64,000 nucleotides of DNA. Source: an uncultured Verrucomicrobiae bacterium. GTDB lineage: Bacteria > Verrucomicrobiota > Verrucomicrobiia > Chthoniobacterales > UBA10450. Positions within the stretch are counted from its first letter, which is position 1. Each line of letters starts with the position of its first letter. The stretch is from positions 864,001 through 928,000 of the forward strand of contig CAVTMK010000002.1 in the NCBI GenBank assembly GCA_963735805.1, given 5' to 3'. Both the position numbers and the translations under genes were made by a program. The notes under the pieces are model-generated. The model worked only from the letters and a program-made list of their open reading frames with translations, was not told the origin of the DNA and ran no database searches. Shown one piece after another: positions 19,772 through 29,618 of the stretch.

Positions 19772-22238
19772 ATGAACGATGTAAAATTCGCGCTACGCCA
19801 ACTCCGCAAGTCACCCGGATTTACGGCTATCGCGATCATTACGCTCGCCCTGGGCATCGGCGCCAACACTGCGATTTTCAGCGTCATCAATTCTGTGCTC
19901 CTGCGGCCCCTGCCTTATCCGCAACCGCAGCGCCTCGTGCTCATTCGCGAGCGCACGAATATCTTCGATTCCGGTTCGGTTAGCCTGGCGAATTATCTTG
20001 ATTGGCGTGCCAGCCAGCGCGGTTTCACTGATCTCGCTATGTTCCGCCGCGATGATGCGAATCTGTCCGGCGCCAGCAGCGATGTCGAAGCGGAGCGCGT
20101 CGGCTCTGCGCGCGTGACATACAATTTTCTTTCTATTCTTGGCGTTCAGCCGGAACTGGGACGCGATTTCCGTGAATCAGACGATGTGCCGCATTGCAAG
20201 AAAGTCGCGCTCATTTCCGATGCATTATGGAAACGCCGCTTCGGCGGTTCGCACGGCATCGTCGGGCAATCCATTACGCTTGATGGCGTGCAACGCGAAA
20301 TCATCGGCGTGTTTCCAGCAAACGTTCAGTTGCCGAGAAAAGCGCAGGTTTACGTTCCGCTGGAAGACTTGCGCGCAGACAAGGATTACCTGGACCGCGC
20401 GAATCATCCTGGATTCTCGGCGCTCGGCCGGCTCAAACCGAATGTGACACTTGCCCAGGCGACGGCTGATTTGAATAACATCGCCGCGGAGCTCGAACGT
20501 CGTTATCCAGATTCCAACACTGGACGTCGCATTACCGCGCTGATCCTTCTCGATTCTGCGGTGAAGGATTACAAACAAGGCGTGACACTCCTTCTGGCGG
20601 CAGTCGGCTGCGTGCTTCTCATCGCCTGCGCCAACGTCGCAAACATGCAGCTGGCGCGCTCGCTCGGTCGCGAACGCGAACTGGCTGTGCGCGCCGCTCT
20701 TGGCGCGAGCCGACGCCAACTCGCGAAGCAAGTGTTTATCGAAAGCGCGATTCTGGCTGTGTTTGGAGCCATCGCGGGCGTCCTTCTCGCGCTTTGGGGG
20801 CTCGACGCTATCAAGGCAATTGCGCCGGACAGCTCCGCCAGTTTTGCTCCTTCTGATGCAACTCGTTTCCAGGAAGCGAATCTCGATTTGAGAGTACTCT
20901 GCGTTCACCGCGGTGGCCGCGATTGGTGCCGGCCTGCTGGTCGGCATTTGGCCAGCACTGCGAGTCTCCCGCACAGCCTCGCTCACGCTTTCTCTGCACG
21001 AAGGCGGCCGCGGGGCCAGCGGTAGCGCACAGCGTCAGCGTGTGCGATCGGGACTGGTCGTGGCGCAGGTCGCCCTGGCGTTGCTCCTGTTGCTCGGTGC
21101 GGGATTAACCCTTAAAAGTTTTCGCAACGCGCAAAACGCGCCGCTCGGATTCAACCCGGAAAATATTTTGGTGGCGGACGTTCTGTTGCCGAGGGCGCGC
21201 TACGACACGGACGAAAAGATCACGCGTTTTAATGATAGGCTTGTCGAACGAATTCGCTCGCTTCCCGGCGTCGAAGCGACGGCACTCGGTTTGAACATCC
21301 CCTTTGATAACAACGAGTGGGATAGTTCCTTTCACCTGACCGGCACACCGCCATATCCGCCTGGCGAAAGACCGGAAGCGGAAGTAAATGTCGTAACGCC
21401 CGATTATTTTCGTCTGATGGGGATGCCGCTGTTGCGCGGACGCGCCTTCAGTGGGGATGATCGCGCCGGCCGCCCGCGATCGGTCATCATCGACGAAACG
21501 CTTGCGCAAAAATATTTTTCCGGCAAAGACCCCATCGGCCAGCAGATTGATGACAACCAGTCAGACGAAAAAAATCCGCCTCCGTTGACAATTGTGGGCG
21601 TGGTTCCGCGCACGCGCAACGAAGCCCCCGGCGAAGATAATGTCGAGCAATATCACTGGCCGCAAATGACCTTCGCCGCGGACCAGGTGCCGAACCGCAG
21701 CAACATGCTCCTGGTGCGGGTAAAATCGGGAAATCCACACGCGCTCGTGCCAGCAATCAAACACGAACTCCACGAGCTCGACCCAGACCAAGCCTTTGCC
21801 GGCATCTCGACGATGGAGAGCAACATCGCCAAACGTCTTGGCTCCCGTCGCATGATGATGTCGCTGCTCAGCGAGTTCGCCGCGATCGCCCTGGTTCTGG
21901 CCAGTGTCGGATTGTATGGAGTGATGGCACTGACAGTGACCCAGCGCACACGCGAACTGGGTGTCCGTCTCGCGCTCGGCGCGCAACGCGCAGATGTCTT
22001 CCGCCTCGTTCTGTCGCAGGGAATGTTGCTCGTCCTTGCCGGCCTGACCATCGGATTGCTCGGGGCGGTTGGTGCAGGTCGCGGATTGCAAAGCGTGTTG
22101 TACGGCGTCGGCGGATTCGACGTGTCGGCATTGAGCTTCGCTTTGCTGGCGCTCGCCGTAGTCGCGCTTATCGCCTGCTGGTTGCCGGCACGCCGCGCCA
22201 CCCGCGTCGACCCGATTCAAGCACTACGTGCCGAATGA
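19772..22238 (+). pseudogene. ADOP/MacB-FtsX duplicated ABC permease 1, split by a 1-nt insertion near 20900 (real or sequencing error)
   Basis: ORFs 19772-21025 and 20913-22238 join if one base is removed from 'aga gta ctc t gcg ttc acc' (LRVL/AFTAV). Confidence 0.85.
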
Positions 22239-22239
22239 C

Positions 22240-24705
22240 ATGAATGATTTGAAGTTTGCTTTGCGCCAGCTCCGCAAATCACCTGCATTCACTTTGATTG
22301 CTGTCGTGACGCTCGCACTCGGCATCGGTGCCAATACTGCCATCTTCTCCGTCGTGGAAGGCGTGCTTCTCCGTCCGCTGCCTTTCCCGCGCGCTGAGCA
22401 ACTCGTTAGGATCTACGAAGCCCTGGATGAAAATGGTGCGCGTTCGGCGTCGCTGAATCTGAGCGATCGCACGGTCGCGCGGTTCCGTGAGTTCGGCCGC
22501 GAGGTTTTCGAAGATGTTGCTGGTGGGACCGGCGGCGCTGCAGTCGTTGGCGTGACAGGCAGTTCGCCTGTTCAGACGGTTCCTGCCGCGCGGATCACTT
22601 CGAACTTTTTCGATGTGCTAGGATTGCTGCCAGCGCAGGGTCGGAATTTCACCGTAGAAGAAGGTCTCGATGAAAATGCGAACGTCGCAATCGTCAGCGA
22701 CGACTTTTGGCGCAGCGCGCTGAACTCGCGCCGAGACGTGCTCGGCAGCACGATTGTGATCGACGGAACACCGCGCATGATCATCGGGGTGATGCCGAAA
22801 GCATTCCGGCATCCCTATCGCGCGAATCTGTGGCTACCCCTTGCGCTTCAGCCCGACAATCCGGCGGCGATTAACAACCATTATCTTTATGGCGTTGCGC
22901 GACTGCGTCCGGGCGTTACTCCTGCGAAAGCAGAAGAGGCAGTGAAGCGCATGTGCGCGGCAATCAATCGCAACGATCCGAATCCGGCAAATGCGCGTTC
23001 TGCCTACATGCCGCCCCTGCGCGAAAGCTTCGTAATGGATTTGCGGCCAAAAATTTTAGTGATCGTCGGCGCTGCGATGTGCGCACTCTTGATTGCTGCG
23101 GTGAACTTTGCCGGTCTGCTGCTGACTCGCGTCATCGAACGGGAAGGGGAGTTTGCCTTGCATGCTGCGCTCGGGGCGAGCAGAAAACGACTCGTCAGGC
23201 AACAGCTGATTCAGGCGGTCTTGCTCGCTTCCATCGGGACCGCACTGGGTCTGCTCATTGCATTGTGGATTACTCCAATGCTATTCGCGCTTAGCCCCGA
23301 AGGCGCGGACGCAACCGGCAGCGCAATGCGTGAATTCGATTACGCCGCTCGGCTCGATCTGCCGGTCTTCGTTTTCGCTACTGGGGTACTCGCGCTCGTG
23401 GGTTTGGGTTTCGGTTTGTTGCCTGCCGCGCGTGCATCGCGGACTGATTTACGCAAAGCGATGAGCGTTACCTCACGAGGGGCAACACTGGACCGAAATG
23501 CGCGCAGATTGCTCGGCTCATTCGTCGTCATCGAACTCGCGATTGCCGCTGCGCTCCTAACCGCGAGCGTGACCGCGACGCAGTACTTTCGGAGGCTGAT
23601 CGACGAGCCGTGGGGCTTCGAAACGAAAGCTCGCCTCGCCTTCAACGTCACAGTTCCAGATCGATTCTTCCCCACAGCCGTCGCGAAACAGAACGCGCTT
23701 GAACATTCTCTCGCGCAGCTGCAGGCATTGCCTGGCGTCAAATCGGCCACTGTCGTTTCGCCGTCGCCGATGGACGCGTCGTGGACGTTGATGCTCTTCA
23801 ACGTCGAAAGCGCGCCTGCACCGGAGCCGCGCGGCATGTACACGGCGTATTCGCGCGTGCCAGTGTCCGGTTATTTCCAGGACATGGGCCAGCCGGTGTT
23901 GCAAGGTCGCGATTTTAATGCGAGCGACTCTGCCGACGCGCCCCTCGTCTGCATCATTAGCCAGAGTATCGCAAAACGCTTTTGGCCTAACGAATCGCCG
24001 ATCGGTAAACGCGTCCGGTGGGGACGACTCGATGGAACTCGCCCGTGGTTCACGATCGTGGGCGTAGTCGGCGATATGAAAGCGATCGCCGACCCACGTG
24101 ATGGCGAAGTGCTCGGTATGATCGCGCGGCCGCTCGCACAAATGCTCGTGTACGCGACGACACAGCTTGACGATATCACCTTCGTCCTGCACACCAACGG
24201 CCGCTCGGTGAACGAGCCGACGATCCGCGCTGCGGTGGCACGCGCCAATTCTAATCTCGCGGTGTATAATTTTCTGTCGCTCGAAGATGCCGCCGCGCGC
24301 TCGCGTACCACCGAGAGGTTCATCTTCGTTCTTGTCTCATCTTTCGGATTCATCGGGCTCGTGCTTGGTGCCGTCGGTTTGTATGGCCTTCTCGCGCTTC
24401 AGGTCGCCCGCCGCGAACGCGAGTTCGGCATCCGTAGTGCACTCGGCGCCACCGCGCGTCAGATAATGCAGCTCGTCGCAGGACAAGGCGCAATTTTGCT
24501 TTTGTTAGGCTTCACTGCCGGCGCGCTCACGACGTACGGAGTCGTGCGCTTGCTACGAAGTCAATGGACTGAAATGCCCACGCCGAATCTGATCGCGTGC
24601 ATTTGCGCCGCGATGGTGCTTGGCGTCGCCGTGATGATCGCGTGCTGGTTACCGGCACGCCGTGCTGCGCGTGTTGATCCTGTTATTGCACTACGCGCCG
24701 AGTGA
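22240..24705 (+). CDS. ADOP/MacB-FtsX duplicated ABC permease 2
   Basis: LALGIGANTAIFS, two ALGA repeats, C-terminal PARRAARVDPVIALRAE. Confidence 0.92.
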   Translation: MNDLKFALRQLRKSPAFTLIAVVTLALGIGANTAIFSVVEGVLLRPLPFPRAEQLVRIYEALDENGARSASLNLSDRTVARFREFGREVFEDVAGGTGGAAVVGVTGSSPVQTVPAARITSNFFDVLGLLPAQGRNFTVEEGLDENANVAIVSDDFWRSALNSRRDVLGSTIVIDGTPRMIIGVMPKAFRHPYRANLWLPLALQPDNPAAINNHYLYGVARLRPGVTPAKAEEAVKRMCAAINRNDPNPANARSAYMPPLRESFVMDLRPKILVIVGAAMCALLIAAVNFAGLLLTRVIEREGEFALHAALGASRKRLVRQQLIQAVLLASIGTALGLLIALWITPMLFALSPEGADATGSAMREFDYAARLDLPVFVFATGVLALVGLGFGLLPAARASRTDLRKAMSVTSRGATLDRNARRLLGSFVVIELAIAAALLTASVTATQYFRRLIDEPWGFETKARLAFNVTVPDRFFPTAVAKQNALEHSLAQLQALPGVKSATVVSPSPMDASWTLMLFNVESAPAPEPRGMYTAYSRVPVSGYFQDMGQPVLQGRDFNASDSADAPLVCIISQSIAKRFWPNESPIGKRVRWGRLDGTRPWFTIVGVVGDMKAIADPRDGEVLGMIARPLAQMLVYATTQLDDITFVLHTNGRSVNEPTIRAAVARANSNLAVYNFLSLEDAAARSRTTERFIFVLVSSFGFIGLVLGAVGLYGLLALQVARREREFGIRSALGATARQIMQLVAGQGAILLLLGFTAGALTTYGVVRLLRSQWTEMPTPNLIACICAAMVLGVAVMIACWLPARRAARVDPVIALRAE

Positions 24706-24706
24706 T

Positions 24707-27127
24707 ATGAATGACTTAAAGTTTGCTTTGCGCCAACTCCACAAGTCGCCTGCGTTCACTTTGATTGCTGTCATCACGTTGGCGCTCGGAATCGGGCTGA
24801 ACACCACGATCTTTAGCTTGATCAACGATCTTTTCTTGCGCGGGCTGCCATTCAAGGATCCTTCGCGCGTTGTCCACCTGACCGCAGGCGATAAGTCGCG
24901 CAACATTGTGGATATCGCGATCTCAGCGCCGCGCTTTCAACATTATCGTGGAGGGCAAACACTGTTTGAAGGTCTCGCCGCTGAGAATGCATTCCTCTTC
25001 ACACTTACCGGCATCGGTGATCCGGTTCAGGTTTTTGGCGGGAGAATAACTCCGAACTACTTCGACGTGCTTGGTGTCCGGCCAATTCTCGGCCGGAATT
25101 TTCGGTCGGACCAAGAGGAAGGCGCGGACGTGGCACTGATCACGAAAAGCTTTTGGCTGAAGCGACTCGGCGGTGATCCGAATGTGATTGGACGCAGCAT
25201 TACCCTCGACGGAACGCCGCACACGATCGTTGGCGTTCTGCCGAACATGCCAATGCAATGGTTCGGAGCGAATCCTATTGCCGAAGTTTGGACGACGAAA
25301 CCATTTCAGCTTCCGGGGTTCTCGTACGAACGCATGATGCGGGGCACCGGATTTCTGCGCGTAATTGGCCGAATGAAGCCCGGAATCGCGCTCGAACAGG
25401 TGCGCGCTGCGCTGCCGTCGCTCGAGCAAGACTACCATGCGCAATATGCGAACAAGATCGACACCACCGCCAGCATAACGATTAAAACGCTTCCACAGGA
25501 TGTGACCGAAAATATTCGCGCCGGCTTTGCGACGCTTTTTGCGGCGGTTTGCTTTGTGTTGCTGATCGCATGCAGCAACGTTGCAAATCTTTTGCTGGTC
25601 CGCTTCAGCAGCCGGCGCCGAGAGATCGCGCTCCGTATGGCGGTCGGTGCGTCGCGGAGCAGTATCGTTAGGCTTTTCGTCTGGGAAAGTTTACTGGTGA
25701 GCCTCTTTGCAGGCGGGCTCGGCGCGTTCGTGGCCTGGCAGCTTGTGCCGCTCGTTCCTAAAATGGCGTCTAATTTTCTTCCGCTTGAGGGAAATACAGC
25801 CAGCAGTCTCTCCGTGTCGGTGCTCGGATTTACCATTGCATTGTCCGTGGTGACCGGGTTGCTGATGGGGATTTATCCGGCGCTTCAGGGCTCCCAGGCG
25901 GATTTGATTGGTGGTTTAAAGGAAGGCGGCCGCGGGACCAGTGGAAGTATTCGGCAACAACGATTCCGCAAAATTCTGGTCGGCGCACAAGTGGCACTGT
26001 CAGTGACATTGTTCGCCGGCGCGGCATTGCTAATCATGAGTTTTGTACGGTTGGCCCAGCAGAATCTCGGATTCCAACCGAATAACCTCTGGACCGGCGC
26101 GATCACGATGCCAGCGTCGAAATATCCAGACGGACCATCCCGTCAACGTTTTGCCGAGCAAATCCTCGCTGCGTTACGCGAAGCGCCAGGTATCGAGAGC
26201 GCGACTGTCAGCAGTGATATTCCCCTGGCTGGTGGAAATCGCACGCTCTACGCGCGCGCGGACCGCGATGTACCGTCGCTGGAGAACCGGACCAACGCAC
26301 CAAGTCACGACATCGTGTCGGGATACATCAAGACATGGGGAATCCCGCTCGTAGCCGGACGTGATTTTGACGAACATGATCTGACGGAAGGCCGGAACGT
26401 CTGTCTCATTAGCCAGACAGGGGCAAAGAAAGTTTTTCCAAACGAAGATCCGATTGGCAAGACGTTGCTGGTTACCAGCAGCAGCACACCCGCGGAAATT
26501 GTAGGCATCGTTGGCGACGTGCGCTCACAACGAATCGCTGAACTGCAAGAAATGGAATTTTATCGACCCTGGGCTCAGGAAAATTTTCCATTCCTGTTCG
26601 TTGCAGTCCGCAGCAACTTCAAACTCGATGCGATCACCAGACTGGTGCAATCTGCGGCCACTAAAGTAGATCCCGCTATTGCGATTGCCATCCCTCAGAT
26701 GATGGACACGGTCGTCGCGCAAGCGCGCGGGCAAGCACGATTGATGATGTGGTTGCTCGGAATTTTCGCCGCCGTCGCATTGTTGCTTGCGAGCATCGGC
26801 ATCTACGGAGCAGTCGCGTACAGTGTTGAACAACGCACAGGCGAGATCGGTATTCGTATGGCACTGGGGGCGCAAACCGCGGATGTGCTGCGCCTTATCG
26901 TTCGTCAGGGAATGGCTCCTGTCCTATTGGGGCTTACCGTCGGAACGGTGGCTGCTCTTGCGCTGGGTCGTTTACTTACTACGCAGCTTTACCAGGTTTC
27001 GCCGCACAATCCGGCGCTTCTTGCTACCGCAACGCTTACCCTTGGGGCGGTCGCATTGCTGGCGTGTTTCCTCCCCGCGCGGCGCGCAACCTTCGTAAAC
27101 CCAATCGAAGCGCTTCGAACAGAATAA
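24707..27127 (+). CDS. ADOP/MacB-FtsX duplicated ABC permease 3
   Basis: Same motif set (LLIACSNVANLL, EIGIRMALGA, NPIEALRTE). Confidence 0.92.
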   Translation: MNDLKFALRQLHKSPAFTLIAVITLALGIGLNTTIFSLINDLFLRGLPFKDPSRVVHLTAGDKSRNIVDIAISAPRFQHYRGGQTLFEGLAAENAFLFTLTGIGDPVQVFGGRITPNYFDVLGVRPILGRNFRSDQEEGADVALITKSFWLKRLGGDPNVIGRSITLDGTPHTIVGVLPNMPMQWFGANPIAEVWTTKPFQLPGFSYERMMRGTGFLRVIGRMKPGIALEQVRAALPSLEQDYHAQYANKIDTTASITIKTLPQDVTENIRAGFATLFAAVCFVLLIACSNVANLLLVRFSSRRREIALRMAVGASRSSIVRLFVWESLLVSLFAGGLGAFVAWQLVPLVPKMASNFLPLEGNTASSLSVSVLGFTIALSVVTGLLMGIYPALQGSQADLIGGLKEGGRGTSGSIRQQRFRKILVGAQVALSVTLFAGAALLIMSFVRLAQQNLGFQPNNLWTGAITMPASKYPDGPSRQRFAEQILAALREAPGIESATVSSDIPLAGGNRTLYARADRDVPSLENRTNAPSHDIVSGYIKTWGIPLVAGRDFDEHDLTEGRNVCLISQTGAKKVFPNEDPIGKTLLVTSSSTPAEIVGIVGDVRSQRIAELQEMEFYRPWAQENFPFLFVAVRSNFKLDAITRLVQSAATKVDPAIAIAIPQMMDTVVAQARGQARLMMWLLGIFAAVALLLASIGIYGAVAYSVEQRTGEIGIRMALGAQTADVLRLIVRQGMAPVLLGLTVGTVAALALGRLLTTQLYQVSPHNPALLATATLTLGAVALLACFLPARRATFVNPIEALRTE

Positions 27128-27145
27128 GAATTATCGCCTCACACA

Positions 27146-29608
27146 ATGTTTAAAGATCTGCAATTCGCATTCCGGCAACTGCTGAAGCAGCCGGAGTTTG
27201 CCTTGATTGCCGTCGTTGTCCTTGCACTTGGTATTGGTGCAAACACTGCAATTTTTACCGTTGTTAACGCCGTGCTGTTGCGGCCGTTGCCTTATCCACA
27301 TTCAGAGCAACTCGTGTTGATGCGTGAGCGATTGCTCGGGCCGTCCGGTTTCGAATCCGGCTCGGTGAGTTACATGAACTATCTTGACTGGCGTGCTGCG
27401 CAGAAAAGCTTCACCGATCTTGGACTGGCAAGGACGGAGGGTGTGAGCCTCTCTGCGTCCGATGGTACATCGCCGCCGGAAGCAGCCCGGGCCGGCCGCA
27501 TCACCGCGAATTATTTGTCGATTTTACAAGTCTCACCGCTGATAGGTCGTGATTTGGTCGAGCGCGATGATGTTCCCGGGGCAGCAAAAGTAGCCCTTAT
27601 CAGCGAACGAGTCTGGCAGAAGCAATTCGGTGGATCGCCGACGGTAATCGGACAACGATTGAATATCGATGGGGTACCGCGCGAGATTGTCGGCGTTGTT
27701 CCGGAACGTGTTCGTTTCCCTCGAAACTGCGACGTCTTTCTTCCGCTAGCCGATCTGCGCGCCGATCACGATTTCCTGTCGCGTGGGAATCATGAAGCTT
27801 TTTCGTGTCTGGGCCGTTTAAAATCCGGCGCAACACTGAAGCAGGCAATCGCGGAGCTCGATACTATCGCGGCCGACCTTTCCCGGCGTTATCCGGATTC
27901 GAACACTGGCCGGCAGGTTTCTGCAAAACTGTTGCTCGAATATTCAGTAGGGCAGTATCGATATCTTCTGTGCGTGCTGCTTGCGGCCGTGGCTTGCGTC
28001 TTGTTAATCGCCTGCGCGAACGTAGCGAACCTTCAGCTTGCACGCGGGATAGCGCGCCGCAAAGAACTCGCAGTGCGCGCCGCTCTTGGGGCCAGCCGTT
28101 GGGACCTGGCACGCCAGGTGATGGTCGAGAGCGGAGTTATTGCCTTATTAGGGGGCGTCTGCGCCGTGCTGATCGCCGTATGGAGCCTCGACGCGATTCG
28201 CGCACTCGTTCCGCCTAATGTCGCGCGATTTCAAGAAACAAACATTGATGGTTGGGTGCTTCTAACCACTACCGTAATTTCAGTTTTCGCAGGATTGCTC
28301 GTTGGAACGTGGCCGGCGTTACGCGTTTCGAACACGGCTTCGATGGCAGCCGAGTTGCACGAAGAAGGCGGGCGCGGCAGTAGCGGCACACAACGACAAC
28401 GGGCCCGCGCAATCCTGGTGATTGCACAAGTTGCACTTGCAGTGCTCCTGCTTGCGGCGGCTGGCTTAACCTTAAAGAGTTTTTGGCGTTCGCAGCAGGT
28501 GCCTCTTGGGTTCGATCCGCGTGGCGTTTTGACCATGAGCATCGCATTACCGCAATCGCGCTACGAGTCGCGGGAAAAGATCATTCGCTTCTATGATCAA
28601 TTAGTTGAGAGAGTGAAACAGCTCCCTGGTGTGAGCGAGGCCGCGATTTGCAACAACGCGCCTTTCGATCACCACGAATGGGATAGTTCCTTTCATATTA
28701 CCGGCACGCCACCTGATCCCCATGGCCAGGAGCCAACAAGCGAGATGGCGACTATCGCACCGGATTACTTTCGCGCGCTTGGGATGCCGGTCTTGCGCGG
28801 CAGGGATTTCGGTTCAGAGGATGTGAGAGGTCGTCCGGGAACGGTTGTGATTGATGAGCTTGCCGCGCAAAAATTTTTCCCAGGCATCGACCCAATCGGC
28901 AGACAAATCGACGATCCCGTTACCATCGGTGATAACAATCAGAATGCCATTCCGCTAACCATCGTCGGAATCGTGCCGCACACCCGGAACAACGCCCCGG
29001 GTGAAAAGGAGGACGCACGCAATTTGCCAATGATGTACTTTAGCGCGTCGCAGTTTGCGAACGTAGAACAGAACCTGATCATTCGTGCGAAAGCGGGGTT
29101 CAATCCGCATTCCCTTGTCAGCCCGATCAAAGACCAAATCGCGAGGCTGGATCATGACCAGGCTGTCTCCGACATCACAACGATGGAGGAAAATATCGAT
29201 GACAGCCTCGCTTCGCAACGCCTGACGATGACCTTACTCGGTGTGTTCGCGGGACTCGCGCTGCTTCTCGCCAGTATTGGGCTTTACGGAGTGATGGCAT
29301 TGATTGTGACCCAACGCACACGTGAGATGGGTATTCGTTTTGCTCTTGGTGCCAGCCGCGCTGATGTCCTGCGGCTTGTGCTTGGTCAAGGAGCCGCTCT
29401 GATCGGAATCGGCCTCGCGGCTGGATTGTTCGGAGCCCTTGCCGCTAGCCGCGCTTTGAGAAACGTCCTCTACAACGTCGCGCCACTCGATCCCTTTGCG
29501 CTCATCAGTGCTCTGCTGACGCTTTCATTGGTAGCTCTTATCGCCTGTTTTTTGCCCGCGCGGCGTGCCAGTCGCGTAGATCCAATCGAGGCGCTGCGGA
29601 TGGAATGA
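27146..29608 (+). CDS. ADOP/MacB-FtsX duplicated ABC permease 4
   Basis: Same motif set; closest paralog of permease 1. Confidence 0.92.
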   Translation: MFKDLQFAFRQLLKQPEFALIAVVVLALGIGANTAIFTVVNAVLLRPLPYPHSEQLVLMRERLLGPSGFESGSVSYMNYLDWRAAQKSFTDLGLARTEGVSLSASDGTSPPEAARAGRITANYLSILQVSPLIGRDLVERDDVPGAAKVALISERVWQKQFGGSPTVIGQRLNIDGVPREIVGVVPERVRFPRNCDVFLPLADLRADHDFLSRGNHEAFSCLGRLKSGATLKQAIAELDTIAADLSRRYPDSNTGRQVSAKLLLEYSVGQYRYLLCVLLAAVACVLLIACANVANLQLARGIARRKELAVRAALGASRWDLARQVMVESGVIALLGGVCAVLIAVWSLDAIRALVPPNVARFQETNIDGWVLLTTTVISVFAGLLVGTWPALRVSNTASMAAELHEEGGRGSSGTQRQRARAILVIAQVALAVLLLAAAGLTLKSFWRSQQVPLGFDPRGVLTMSIALPQSRYESREKIIRFYDQLVERVKQLPGVSEAAICNNAPFDHHEWDSSFHITGTPPDPHGQEPTSEMATIAPDYFRALGMPVLRGRDFGSEDVRGRPGTVVIDELAAQKFFPGIDPIGRQIDDPVTIGDNNQNAIPLTIVGIVPHTRNNAPGEKEDARNLPMMYFSASQFANVEQNLIIRAKAGFNPHSLVSPIKDQIARLDHDQAVSDITTMEENIDDSLASQRLTMTLLGVFAGLALLLASIGLYGVMALIVTQRTREMGIRFALGASRADVLRLVLGQGAALIGIGLAAGLFGALAASRALRNVLYNVAPLDPFALISALLTLSLVALIACFLPARRASRVDPIEALRME

Positions 29609-29618
29609 TTGCAATTGT

